Shown here: one piece after another, positions 9,083-18,997 of the stretch
How the letters are laid out: each line of letters starts with the position of its first letter
How positions within the stretch are numbered: the first letter of the stretch is position 1
Origin: an uncultured delta proteobacterium
GTDB taxonomy: Bacteria; Desulfobacterota; RBG-13-43-22
Direction: 5' to 3'
DNA: 64,000 nucleotides
NCBI GenBank assembly: GCA_963843145.1
Contig: CAWJJC010000028.1
Location: 512,001-576,000 of the forward strand
The notes under the pieces: model-generated
What the model saw: the letters and a program-made list of their open reading frames with translations, nothing else
What the model was told of the DNA's origin: nothing
Databases searched by the model: none
Position numbers and translations under genes: made by a program

Positions 9083-10246
9083 TCAGCTTAAAACCTTGGC
9101 GGCCCGTTTGGGGGGCGGCGTATTTCGGCTGGTCTGGAAAAGGACCTGCCCATCCACCATGACTACCGAAATACCGGGGTTGTCTCCCGCTGCCAGGCAG
9201 GAGAGCAGGTCCTCTCCCACTGAACCCAGAGAGGCATCCAGAAAAACAAGATCGGCCTCTTTACCGGGAGCGATAATCCCTCGATTCAGTCCAAAGACCC
9301 GGGCCGTATTTCCGGTGGCCAGGCAGACCGCTAATTCCGGCGGGATATCGCCCAGGGCGCAGATCAGGTTCAGCGTCCGCAAAAGTCCCAGGGGCACTAC
9401 GCCGGTCCCCGAGGGAGCGTCATTTCCCAAGATGAGGCGTTGATATTCCTGGCGCTGGTGGATCCGACGGGCCACCTCGACGGCCCGCAGCGGGTTGCCG
9501 CAATGGACGATCTCCAAAGTGTATTGGGTTTGATCAATCAGTTTGAAAGCCTCTTCCCTGGATACGGCCGTGGGGCCGCCGTTGATGTGCGAAACGATGT
9601 CCGGGTCGGCGGCCATAACCATTTCGGCCGACACCGTGGAACTGCCGGGAATGGAGGTGCCCCCGGTGTGCATCATCACCACCATCCCGTTCTTTTTGGC
9701 CCAAGCGATCATGGGGGCGGCCTCCTGGGGGTCTTTCACCGAGCCTAAGCCCACCTCCCCGACGACTTTCACCCCCTGACCGGCCAGCTCCTCGAAATCC
9801 GCCTCGGTCAGTCCTTTTTCGAGGATCACCGCACCGCCCAGGACCTTCATTCCGCCGGGACGATAGTTCTGAAAGGATTTGGCGGCCAGAATGGCCAGGG
9901 CCTTCACGCCGGCCGGGTCTTTAGGTCGACCCGGCAGATGGACTTCTCCGGCCGAAACCGCGGTGGTCACGCCCCCATGGAGGGTGCTCTCCAGATAGTT
10001 GACCGTCAGTTGACGGGGAGTGAAATCGCCGAAGACCGAATGACAGTGGGAGTCGATCATCCCGGGCATGACTGCCGCTCCGGCAGCATCGATAACTACC
10101 GCTCCGGCCGGGGCCGACAGGCCGGCTTCATCGGTCACTTGTTTGATGAGGCCTTCCTGGATGACCAGTGCATTGGAATTCAAAATAGGATTGGCCACGT
10201 CGCCGGATAAAAGTAGACCGATGTTCTTAATGTAGACAGTATTCAT
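9083..10246 (-). CDS. ena: enamidase (amidohydrolase of anaerobic nicotinate catabolism)
   Basis: DSHCH metal motif; GRPKDPAGVKALA, GGAVILEKGLTEADF, HTGGTSIPGSS, GNDAPSGTG, SRNTPP recalled from Eubacterium barkeri enamidase. Confidence 0.9.
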   Translation of the reverse strand: MNTVYIKNIGLLLSGDVANPILNSNALVIQEGLIKQVTDEAGLSAPAGAVVIDAAGAAVMPGMIDSHCHSVFGDFTPRQLTVNYLESTLHGGVTTAVSAGEVHLPGRPKDPAGVKALAILAAKSFQNYRPGGMKVLGGAVILEKGLTEADFEELAGQGVKVVGEVGLGSVKDPQEAAPMIAWAKKNGMVVMMHTGGTSIPGSSTVSAEMVMAADPDIVSHINGGPTAVSREEAFKLIDQTQYTLEIVHCGNPLRAVEVARRIHQRQEYQRLILGNDAPSGTGVVPLGLLRTLNLICALGDIPPELAVCLATGNTARVFGLNRGIIAPGKEADLVFLDASLGSVGEDLLSCLAAGDNPGISVVMVDGQVLFQTSRNTPPPKRAAKVLS

Positions 10247-10263
10247 TTGAGCTCCTGTAAACT

Positions 10264-10400
10264 AAACCCGAAATTCGAAGCACGAAATTCGAAACAAGCA
10301 CGAAGGCCCAAAATTCAAATGACCGAAACCAAAATGTTTTGAATTTTGATATTTGATCATTTGAATTTGTTTCGGATTTCGGATTTCGGGTTTCGAATTT
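10264..10400. repeat. 7-nt-period palindromic element (CGAAATT/CGAAATC family)
   Basis: CGAAATTCGAAGCACGAAATTCGAAAC ... GTTTCGGATTTCGGATTTCGGGTTTCGAATTT. Confidence 0.85.
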
Positions 10401-10439
10401 ATACTAAAATATTTCAAGATTTGATTGTTCTAGACATTC

Positions 10440-10985
10440 TTACCAACTCGGTGGACTTACCACCCAGACCACTACGGTTTTAGCGCTCTCTTTATTGGTC
10501 CAGGAATGGGGGATCAGGGAGGAATAATAGAAACTATGTCCCTTCGGTACCGGAGAAACCTGGTCGCCCACGGTCAAGGTCAGGGTTCCCTCCAGAACAA
10601 TTCCAAATTCTTCTCCCACGTGGCTGTAGGGGGCCTTAGATCCGCCTCCCGGTTCAATGACCGTATAAAAGGGCTGCATTCGTTTATTGGCAACCGATTT
10701 GACCAGTTGCTGGATCTGGGCCCGCCAGCCTTTCAGACTTACCCGGATACGCTCTTCCGGCCCCATGACCACCGGTTCGCCGACACTTTCCTCCATGAAA
10801 AAATCCACAATGCGTATTTTAAAGGCAGTGGCAATTTTTTTTAAGCTGGCGATCGAGGGGGAGGTCTGGTCTCGTTCAATCTGAGAGATATACGAAGCCG
10901 TCAGCCCGGATTGCTCCCCCAGTTGCCGGAGAGTCATCCGCTGTTCCCGACGGAGCGATTTTATTTTTTTGCCGATATTTTCCAA
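10440..10985 (-). CDS. XRE-family HTH + cupin transcriptional regulator
   Basis: SYISQIERDQTSPSIASL HTH; HVGEE, YSSLIPH cupin motifs. Confidence 0.92.
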   Translation of the reverse strand: MENIGKKIKSLRREQRMTLRQLGEQSGLTASYISQIERDQTSPSIASLKKIATAFKIRIVDFFMEESVGEPVVMGPEERIRVSLKGWRAQIQQLVKSVANKRMQPFYTVIEPGGGSKAPYSHVGEEFGIVLEGTLTLTVGDQVSPVPKGHSFYYSSLIPHSWTNKESAKTVVVWVVSPPSW

Positions 10986-11025
10986 TCAATCTATTCCGTA
11001 CGCCAGGGAAATTTTCCTTGATAAA

Positions 11026-11064
11026 TTTTTAGTTATATTTTATTAATTCAACTATAACTAAAAA
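11026..11064. promoter_or_regulatory. inverted-repeat operator between regulator and ABC operon
   Basis: TTTTTAGTTATA-N15-TATAACTAAAAA perfect 12-bp inverted repeat. Confidence 0.6.
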
Positions 11065-11173
11065 AAATATTCCGAGTCAATGATTTTCTTGAACCCCAAG
11101 GAGTTCTCCCTGATAATAGGAATACAGGGAATTATCAAGGAATCCACGAAAAACTATTTTAAGGAGGGTATCG

Positions 11174-12409
11174 ATGAAAAAGCGTAGCGGGTTGGTTTTA
11201 GGGCTGTTGTTTGGGTTGGCTTTTATCCTGATGGGGGCCGGGATGGTTCAGGCCGCGTCTTTTCGAATCGGGGTGGCTGTGCCGCTCTCCGGGACTTTCG
11301 GCAAGGACGGAGCCCAGGTCAAAGATGCCTACACCTACTGGGCGGAGGTGGTGAATGCCAAGGGAGGCATCGCGGTCAAGGGCAAAAAATTTCCCGTCGA
11401 ATTAGTGTTCTACGACGACCAGTCCGATCCCCAGTTGAGTGCCAAGCTGGTCGAAAAACTGGTCAAGGAAGACAAGGTGGACCTCCTGCTGGGGGGGTTC
11501 GGCTCCAGTCAGGTCATGGCGGCTTCGGCGGCCTCCGAGCGGCTGAAATACCCGATGATCTGTGGATCGGCTTCCTCCAATGCCCTTTTTACGCGGGGGT
11601 TCAAATATTATTTTTCCACCCTGGGAAAGGCCACCGAAGAGGTCCGCGGGTTGGTGGAAGTTTTTAACGTGGTCCAGCCCAAGCCCAAGACGCTGGCTAT
11701 CGTGGGCGCCAACATCCCCTTTACGGCGCAGTCCGTGGATGGATTTGAAATGTACGCCAAAAAATACGGGATCGCCGTAGTCCATAAGGAACTTTTTCCC
11801 TTAAGCCTTCAGGATTACAATACCTTGCTTCAAAAAGTGAAGGCCAAAAACCCGGATGTCCTTTTAGTGGGCTCCCATGTGGCCGTGGCCTTAAGGGTCA
11901 TGAAGGCCCTGAAAGAGATTGACTTCAGCCCCAAGGCCGTGGGTTTTTCTTACGGGCCTACCGTCCCGGCCTTTGTCGAAGGGTTGGGGAAGGATGCCGA
12001 GTATGTCTTCGCCGCCAGTGAGTGGACTGCGAACCTGCCTTATAAAGATGCCGTCTTCGGTACGGCCTCCGATTTGAGCAAGGCCTACTTCAAACGATTT
12101 AACCGCCATCCGGATTACGTCGAGGCCGCTTCCATCGGCGGGGCCTTGGCCCAGCAGTTTGCCCTCCAGGAATTGGGACTGGTGCCGCCCTTGAAGGAAG
12201 AAGATCGGGTGAAGTTGATGGAGAGTCTTCATAAGATTAATGTCATGACCTCCTACGGGCAGATCCATTTTGGTGAAGACGGGGCCAATGTGGATCACCC
12301 GCCGGTAGCCGTTCAGGTGCAAAAGGGGAAACTGGTCAATGTCTATCCGACCTCGGCCGCGGAAGGGAAACCCCAGTTCCCCATGCCGGCCTGGAATGAA
12401 CGGAAATAA
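11174..12409 (+). CDS. HAAT-family ABC transporter substrate-binding protein
   Basis: Signal peptide; PLSG, VNAKGGI, YDDQSDP LivK-like motifs. Confidence 0.92.
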   Translation: MKKRSGLVLGLLFGLAFILMGAGMVQAASFRIGVAVPLSGTFGKDGAQVKDAYTYWAEVVNAKGGIAVKGKKFPVELVFYDDQSDPQLSAKLVEKLVKEDKVDLLLGGFGSSQVMAASAASERLKYPMICGSASSNALFTRGFKYYFSTLGKATEEVRGLVEVFNVVQPKPKTLAIVGANIPFTAQSVDGFEMYAKKYGIAVVHKELFPLSLQDYNTLLQKVKAKNPDVLLVGSHVAVALRVMKALKEIDFSPKAVGFSYGPTVPAFVEGLGKDAEYVFAASEWTANLPYKDAVFGTASDLSKAYFKRFNRHPDYVEAASIGGALAQQFALQELGLVPPLKEEDRVKLMESLHKINVMTSYGQIHFGEDGANVDHPPVAVQVQKGKLVNVYPTSAAEGKPQFPMPAWNERK

Positions 12410-12464
12410 GCCGGTTCTTAATAGTCCCTTAATTGGAACAAATTTTTACTTTAGTCTAAATTAA

Positions 12465-12513
12465 GGTCTGGCCTCCGGCCATGCGACATTGTCGAATGGC
12501 CGGAGGCCAGATC
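12465..12513. terminator. hairpin after substrate-binding gene (stabiliser/attenuator)
   Basis: TCTGGCCTCCGGCCAT...ATGGCCGGAGGCCAGA perfect 16-bp stem. Confidence 0.6.
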
Positions 12514-12591
12514 TCTTGATATTGCTGCCACCAGGAGACCCGTAGTAACGGTTTTGGCGGCGGTTCGATTTAGGAAGCGATTGATTCGATA

Positions 12592-13461
12592 ATGATCCCC
12601 CTGATTCAAGCCCTGATCAACGGTCTATTACTCGGCGGCATTTATGCCGCCTTTTCCGCGGGATTTTCCCTGATTTTCGGGGTCATGGGCGTGGTCAATA
12701 TCGCCAACGGGGAAATGGTCATGATCGGGGCCTTTATCACTTACTTCCTCTTTGATCTATTCAAACTGGACCCCTTCCTGACCCTGCCTTTCAGTCTCGT
12801 GGGACTTTTTGTGCTGGGCTATCTCCTTCAGCGTCTGGTCATCAACCGGGTCATCGGCGCCCCGCCGATCATGAGTTACATCATGACTTTCGGGATCCAT
12901 CTGACCTTGGCCAACCTGGCCCTCCTGGCCTGGTCGGCCGACCCGCGGATCATCACCACCTCTTATTCCGGGGCCCATTTCTCCTTGGGGGGAATCACCT
13001 TCCCGGTGGTTCAGTTCGTCACTTTTATTCTGGCCTTTGTTATTATCGGGGGCTTGTATCTTCTGCTCTACTGGACCAAGATCGGACGGGCCATCCAGGC
13101 CACGGCCCAGGATCGGGAAATGGCCCGTCTGATGGGGATCAGTGTCCATCAGGTTTACGCGGTGACCTTCGGCCTGGGGGCTGCCGTGACCGGACTTTCC
13201 GGTTCCCTGATCGCCTCCTTTCGCTACGTGGAAACCGGAATGGGCCTGCCCTACACCATCATGGCTTTCTGCGTGGTGGTCGTAGGGGGCATGGGTTATA
13301 TCCCCGGGGCCTTGGTCGGCGGTCTGATCCTGGGCGTTATCAGTTCACTGACCACTCATTTCTTTACCGCCGGCTGGTCCATGGCCATCACCTTTTTTCT
13401 ACTGTATTTAATCCTGCTTTTTCGGCCCCAAGGGATACTCGGCAAAGGGATTATGGAATGA
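12592..13461 (+). CDS. HAAT ABC permease (LivH-like)
   Basis: GFSLIFGVMGVVNIANG, GRAIQATAQDREMARLMGI. Confidence 0.92.
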   Translation: MIPLIQALINGLLLGGIYAAFSAGFSLIFGVMGVVNIANGEMVMIGAFITYFLFDLFKLDPFLTLPFSLVGLFVLGYLLQRLVINRVIGAPPIMSYIMTFGIHLTLANLALLAWSADPRIITTSYSGAHFSLGGITFPVVQFVTFILAFVIIGGLYLLLYWTKIGRAIQATAQDREMARLMGISVHQVYAVTFGLGAAVTGLSGSLIASFRYVETGMGLPYTIMAFCVVVVGGMGYIPGALVGGLILGVISSLTTHFFTAGWSMAITFFLLYLILLFRPQGILGKGIME

Positions 13462-14381
13462 ACCGCAAGGGCTGGATTATCGGGTTGATCGTCGCCGCGC
13501 TGCTGGCCGCCTTACCCTTTTTTCAGGGCGGTTACCTGATCAATTTCCTGACGGTGCTTTTTTACTGGATCGGATTGACGGGCTGCTGGAATTATATGAG
13601 CGGCTATTCCGGATACATCGATTTTGGTTCGGTGACCTACGTGGGCGTGGGGGCCTATGTGGCCGGCGTTCTGGTCCTCAAGACCGGGATGCCCCTCTAT
13701 CTATCCCTGGTCCTGGCCGGCCTGGCCGCCCTGCTCCTGGCGATTGTCGTGGGTTGGCCGACCTTGAAGCTGCGAGGGGCTTATTTCGCCATTGCCACCT
13801 TTGCCCTGGCCGAAGCCATCAAACAGGTCGCCGAGGAATGGAACGCGCTGACCGGAGGAGGAAGCGGTCTGACCTACACCACTCGTTTTGACGATCTGAC
13901 CTACTACTGGGGGTATCTGCTTATTGCCGGCCTCATCATCGCCATGACCTATTGGACCGACCGCTCCAAGATGGGCTATGCCCTGAAGGCCATCCATCAG
14001 GACGAGCACGCCGCCGGCCGGGTAGGGGTCAATACCCGTTTGGTTAAAGTTCGGGCCTATGCCCAGAGCGCTTTTTTTATCGGGCTGCTGGGTGCCCTGG
14101 AAGCCAGTCGCATAGGCTACATCACCCCGGTGGATGTCTTCAACGTCCAAATTACCATCAAAATGGTTATTATGAGCCTGCTGGGCGGCATGGGGACAGT
14201 CTGGGGGCCTATCGTCGGGGCCGTCTTCCTGCAGACTATCGAAGATTTCCTGGGAGCCAATTTTCTGAACTGGTACCTGGTGATCATCGGGGTCATTATT
14301 ATTTTAGTCATCATGTTTATGCCCCGGGGGATCAGCGGGACCCTGGCTTCCCGCTTTAGGCGCCTGGTTTCCAAAAGGTAA
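13458..14381 (+). CDS. HAAT ABC permease (LivM-like)
   Basis: LRGAYFAIATFALAE, LLGGMGTVWGP. Confidence 0.92.
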   Translation: MNRKGWIIGLIVAALLAALPFFQGGYLINFLTVLFYWIGLTGCWNYMSGYSGYIDFGSVTYVGVGAYVAGVLVLKTGMPLYLSLVLAGLAALLLAIVVGWPTLKLRGAYFAIATFALAEAIKQVAEEWNALTGGGSGLTYTTRFDDLTYYWGYLLIAGLIIAMTYWTDRSKMGYALKAIHQDEHAAGRVGVNTRLVKVRAYAQSAFFIGLLGALEASRIGYITPVDVFNVQITIKMVIMSLLGGMGTVWGPIVGAVFLQTIEDFLGANFLNWYLVIIGVIIILVIMFMPRGISGTLASRFRRLVSKR

Positions 14382-14386
14382 CCCTC

Positions 14387-15109
14387 GTGGCGATTCTGCG
14401 GATAGAAAAAATCGGGAAAAATTTCGGGGCCCTGGCAGCGCTCAGCGAGGTGTCTTTTGAATTGCATCCGGGGGAAATCCTGGGCATCATCGGTCCCAAC
14501 GGCTCCGGGAAAACCACCCTTTTCAACGTTATGATCGGGGAGCCGCCGGCTGACCAGGGGAAAGTCTATTTTGAGGAGCGTGAAATTACCCGGACCCCCA
14601 CCTACAAAATTTGTCGCTTGGGGCTGGTGAAGACCGCCCAGATTGTTCAACCCTTCGCCGGCCTGAGCGTCAAGGACAACATTATCATGGGCGGGTTATT
14701 CGGGGCCGATTTGCCCCTGCCACGGGCCCGGCGGAAGGCCGAGGAAGTCATGGAATGGATGGGGCTGAGGGACCTGGCGGACACGCCGGCGGAGTCTATT
14801 ACCGTAGCCATGCGTCGCCGTCTGGAATTGGCCCGGGCTTTGGCCACCAATCCCAAGGTGATCCTGATGGACGAAAACATGGCCGGTTTGACCGCCAGTG
14901 AAATCGAGGCCGTGTTAACCCTGCTTCGCCGGATCAATGCCCTGGGCATCAGTTTAATCATTGTGGAACATATCATGCAGGCCGTTATGGGTATCTCCCA
15001 AAGGGTTATCGTTCTCAATTACGGGCAAAAAATTACCGAAGGCACTCCCGCTGAAGTGGTCAGGAACCGGGAAGTGATCGAGGCCTACCTGGGTGAAGAG
15101 TATGCTTAA
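14387..15109 (+). CDS. HAAT ABC ATP-binding protein (LivG-like)
   Basis: GPNGSGKTT; VIEAYLG C-terminus. Confidence 0.92.
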   Translation: MAILRIEKIGKNFGALAALSEVSFELHPGEILGIIGPNGSGKTTLFNVMIGEPPADQGKVYFEEREITRTPTYKICRLGLVKTAQIVQPFAGLSVKDNIIMGGLFGADLPLPRARRKAEEVMEWMGLRDLADTPAESITVAMRRRLELARALATNPKVILMDENMAGLTASEIEAVLTLLRRINALGISLIIVEHIMQAVMGISQRVIVLNYGQKITEGTPAEVVRNREVIEAYLGEEYA

Positions 15110-15818
15110 GGTGGACCGTTTGGATGCCTATTATGGCGATGTCCAGGTCCTCTGGTCGGTGTCCCTGGATGTACGGGCCGGGGAGATGGTGGCCGTGATC
15201 GGACCGAACGGAGCCGGGAAGTCCACGCTTCTGAAGGCGGTGGTCGGTTTAGTGGCTCCCCGGGGCGGCGGCGGATCGGGCGCGGTGCGTTACCAGGGGC
15301 AGCCCTTGGACGGAATGACCCCTGAAAAGATTGTCCGCGCCGGCGTGGCCCTGGTGCCGGAAGGGGCGCGGGTCTTTCCGGAGATGAGCTGTCTGGACAA
15401 TCTGAAGCTCGGCGCCCACACCCTCAAGGATTCTCGGCGGCTGGAGGCGCTCTTGGCCGAGGTCCAGGAGCTGTTTCCCCGATTGAAGGAAAGGGCCAAG
15501 CAAAAGGCCAAAACCCTCTCGGGCGGGGAGCGGCAGATGCTGGCCATGGGCCGGGCTTTAATGAGCGATCCCCAGTTTCTGCTTTTGGATGAACCTTCGC
15601 TGGGGCTCCATCCCTTGATGGTCTCCCATGTCTTCAAGGCCTTGGAGCAAATTAATCAACGGGGGAAGACCATACTGCTGGTGGAGCAAAAAGTGACCTT
15701 TGCCCTGAAGATGAGCCACCGGGCTTACGTCCTGGAAAACGGGCGAACGGTCCTGGAGGGCCGGGGGGCGGAGATGATGAATGATCCGCATGTGCGCCAG
15801 GCCTATCTGGCCATGTAA
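15102..15818 (+). CDS. HAAT ABC ATP-binding protein (LivF-like)
   Basis: GPNGAGKST, LSGGERQM, DEPSLGL. Confidence 0.92.
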   Translation: MLKVDRLDAYYGDVQVLWSVSLDVRAGEMVAVIGPNGAGKSTLLKAVVGLVAPRGGGGSGAVRYQGQPLDGMTPEKIVRAGVALVPEGARVFPEMSCLDNLKLGAHTLKDSRRLEALLAEVQELFPRLKERAKQKAKTLSGGERQMLAMGRALMSDPQFLLLDEPSLGLHPLMVSHVFKALEQINQRGKTILLVEQKVTFALKMSHRAYVLENGRTVLEGRGAEMMNDPHVRQAYLAM

Positions 15819-15891
15819 GTGCGCCCATGGACGGCGGAAGAAAAGTTAAGAACTGTTTTTTGCACCAGGCTGATTTTAAAGGGAGGAACCA

Positions 15892-17383
15892 ATGGCACTA
15901 TTGCCGGAAGTAAGCAAGCATTACGGGAAACTGAAATTATACCTTAACGGACAGTGGGTTGAACCGAAAAGCGGGCGCTATTTCGAAACTACCAATCCGG
16001 CCACCGATGAGGTGATCGCCGAGGCCCCGGTGGCCTCCCTGGAAGAGGTGGAGCAGGCCATCGCCGCCGCCCAGGCGGCTTTTCTAAAGTGGCGGGACGT
16101 CCCTTTGAGGGATAGGGCCAGACTGGTTTTTAATCTTCGGGAGACCTTTGCCCGGCACCATGAGGAACTGGCCCGGATCCTCGTTCAGGACCACGGCTGT
16201 ACTATTGGGGAGGGTCGGGGGACAATTTCCAGGTGTATGGAGAATATCGAGGCCGCCGGAAGCGCCTTGTACAGTCTGTATAAGGGGGAGCATGTGGATC
16301 AGTTGGCTACCGGGATCGACTGTTACCTGCTCCGGGAACCGGTGGGCGTATTTTTGATTATTACGCCGGGTAACGTCCCCATGCATGCCTGGTCCTCTTT
16401 CGTCCCCTATGCCCTGGCCTGCGGGTGCACGGTCATCGTCAAGCCGAGCCGCCAATGCCCGGTATCGGCCGAGGCCATGTTCAAAATGCTCGACGAGACG
16501 GGTTTCCCGCCCGGGGTGGCCAATCTGCTCCATATGGGACCGGAACGGGAATTGAACAAACGGATTATTTCAGACCCGAGGGTCAGAGGGGTAGGGCTCA
16601 TCGGTTCCACCCGGGTGAGCAAGGAGCTCTTCGAGTTGTGCGGAAAATATGGGAAGAGGTCCTCCCTGAACGGAAACGGCAAAAATTATATCGTCATCAT
16701 GCCCGATGCCGATATCGATAGTTCCGTCCAGTACATCCTGCGCGGCTGTTTCGGCATGAGCGGCCAGCGCTGCCTGGGCTCGGACAACGTGGCCGTTATC
16801 GGGGATGACAAAATGTATGGGGAGATAAAAGAAAAATTAATCGCCGCCGCCGGGGCCATGAAGATGGGCTACGGCCTGGACGAGACGCACGGAACTCGGT
16901 CCCATTACCACCAAGAACGGTCGGAACCTGGTAGCCGAATTTATCGACGCCGGTCAAAAGGCCGGGGCCAAGCTCATTCTGGACGGGCGTTCGGCCAAGG
17001 TTCAGGGATATGAGCAGGGCTATTTCCTGGGGCCCACTATTTTTGAAGGCGTAACCCCCGACATGTGCATCGCCCAGGAAGAGGCCTTCGGACCGGTCTG
17101 TAATTTTTTCAGGCTGGGTGACCTGGACGAGGCCATCTCCCTGATCAATGGAAGCAACTACGGCCATTCCGCCTGCATCGCCACCGAGAGCGGAAAGGCG
17201 GCCCGTAAATTCATCCGAGAATGCGAAGTGGGTAATGTGGGGGTTAATGCCGGTATCCCGCAGCCCTACGCCTTCTTCGGCCTGGGTTCCAAGAAGGAAT
17301 CCTCCTTTGGGAATTCCAAGTCCAGAATGGATTCGGTAAAGCTCTTTCTGGATGAAAAGACGGTCACGGTGCGATGGGTTTAA
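15892..17383 (+). CDS. CoA-acylating aldehyde dehydrogenase, methylmalonate-semialdehyde dehydrogenase-like (frameshift near 16888)
   Basis: ITPGN, GQRCLG catalytic Cys, NGNGKN in place of ELGGK, EEAFGP, GNVGVNAGIPQP; two ORFs join with one indel. Confidence 0.85.
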
Positions 17384-17388
17384 GAGGT

Positions 17389-17571
17389 AAATAAGAATCA
17401 AGCACCGCTTTTTAGGCCTCAGTTTTTTGCCGTCATGCCGGACTCGATCCGGCATCCAGGTCCTTTTTGGCTTAGCCGAGGCCTGGATTCCGGATCGCGT
17501 CACGCCTTAGGCGTGACTTGTCCGGAATGACAAGCTGACTCGACCCGGCTAAAGCCTATTTTCATGCTTCG
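17389..17571 (-). mobile_element. about 180-bp composite MITE containing CGTC-type REP dimer (copy 1)
   Basis: Reverse complement closely matches 45365-45540; ends CGAAGCATGAAAA; core CGTCATGCCGG...CCGGAATGAC. Confidence 0.85.
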
Positions 17572-17651
17572 TGCTGGCCCGGGTCGGTTTTTTTAAAAAT
17601 AAAGGGATATCCTTAAGACGAGACCATCAAAAAATCTGAAAGGAGAAGGCT

Positions 17652-18896
17652 ATGAAAAGGGTGACAGTGGGAATTGTTTTCGTACTGGCTGTTATTTTTT
17701 GTTTCATTTCGTATCAGGGTGTTCTTGCCCAGACCAAAAAGGGGCCTATCAAGATCGGGGTGGTGGCCGACAAGACCGGCGGCTTGGCGGCCTATGGGTA
17801 TTCCCATGAGAAGACCATCAAAGCGGCGGCGGCCAGGATCAACAAGGCCGGCGGTATCGCCGGTCGTCCGATTGAAATCTTTGTCGAAGACACGGAGAGC
17901 AAGCCTCCGGTGGGGGCCCTGAAATTCAGAAAATTGATTGAGACCTATGGGGTGGATTTTATTTTAGACTCCAACAGCTCCGGAGTGGCCGTGGCCTGTG
18001 CCCCTATTGCCAAGGAACTGAAAACGCTCTATTTCCCTTCGGCTTCGGCTACGGAAATTTCCGGTGAGAAAGGAAACCGTTATGTGTTTCAGTCCTGCAC
18101 CGCAGTTCGGGGCGAGGCCAGAGGGGCGGCCAAATTTGCCGTCAAGCACATCGGGAAAAAATGGGTGACCGTGGTGGTCAACTACGCCTGGGGCTGGTCC
18201 AATGAGGAGGATTTCAAGAAATACATTACCGAGGACGGCGGGAGCGTTGTGGCCTCCATTCGAGTCCCCCTGGGCACCAGCGACTGGCTGCCCTATCTGA
18301 AAGGCAAAATACCGAATGACGCCGAAGGGGTCTTCTTTGCCAATTTCGGCTCCGATTTTCTCTCCTTCATCAGGGATCTTTATGCCGTCCGTCCGGACAT
18401 CAAGAAACTCGGGGCTGTTTATGCCCTCTCGGCTCAGGACATCAAGAAGCTCGGGCCGGCGGCCGAGGGATTGTATTGCCTTACCCCCTATCCCACTCGC
18501 GTTGAAGGTCTGAACACCAAGTACAATAAGGCCTTCCGTGAATTGATCAATGTGGATGCCCAAGGCCAGGAGGCAGGCACCGGTACGCGGTTTGTGCTGG
18601 CCTATAACTGGGCCATGTGGGAGGCCATGTATGCCTTAAAAGCCGGGATAGAAAAGAGCGGCTGGCAGGGCAGGGAAGACACGCCGAAGTTGATCAAGGC
18701 CCTGGAAGGCCTACCCTTCAAGGAAAGCATTGAATTCCCCCAGGGCGAACTTCGGATCAGGGCCGAAGATCACCGCACCATCGCCGGGTTGTATGTGGAA
18801 CAGGTGGTCAAGGGCGAGCTTAAAGTGGCGGGGAAGATTCCGGCTGAAGACACGGTCTATCCACCCCTGGTGGACTACACCAAAGAAGGATTTTAG
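17652..18896 (+). CDS. HAAT ABC substrate-binding protein
   Basis: Signal peptide, INKAGGIAGRPIE, EDTESKP. Confidence 0.92.
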   Translation: MKRVTVGIVFVLAVIFCFISYQGVLAQTKKGPIKIGVVADKTGGLAAYGYSHEKTIKAAAARINKAGGIAGRPIEIFVEDTESKPPVGALKFRKLIETYGVDFILDSNSSGVAVACAPIAKELKTLYFPSASATEISGEKGNRYVFQSCTAVRGEARGAAKFAVKHIGKKWVTVVVNYAWGWSNEEDFKKYITEDGGSVVASIRVPLGTSDWLPYLKGKIPNDAEGVFFANFGSDFLSFIRDLYAVRPDIKKLGAVYALSAQDIKKLGPAAEGLYCLTPYPTRVEGLNTKYNKAFRELINVDAQGQEAGTGTRFVLAYNWAMWEAMYALKAGIEKSGWQGREDTPKLIKALEGLPFKESIEFPQGELRIRAEDHRTIAGLYVEQVVKGELKVAGKIPAEDTVYPPLVDYTKEGF

Positions 18897-18997
18897 GCAG
18901 CTATTTTCTTTTGGAAAAAACCTCGATACCTTCTCCGTCAGTTCGGCGGCCGAATAGTTGCGATTCTTGAAGATGATTCCTTCGGAGGTGTCTTTCT

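Noticed and set aside
10264-10400. CRISPR array or coding microsatellite in the CGAAATT repeats
   Set aside because: Units are 7 nt, degenerate and arranged as inverted arms; no constant repeats with unique spacers and no cas genes in the window
16880-16900. Programmed frameshift or Sec readthrough in ALDH, dctM, hcrA, mshL
   Set aside because: No shared slippery motif or in-frame TGA with SECIS; scattered indels are better explained by assembly error
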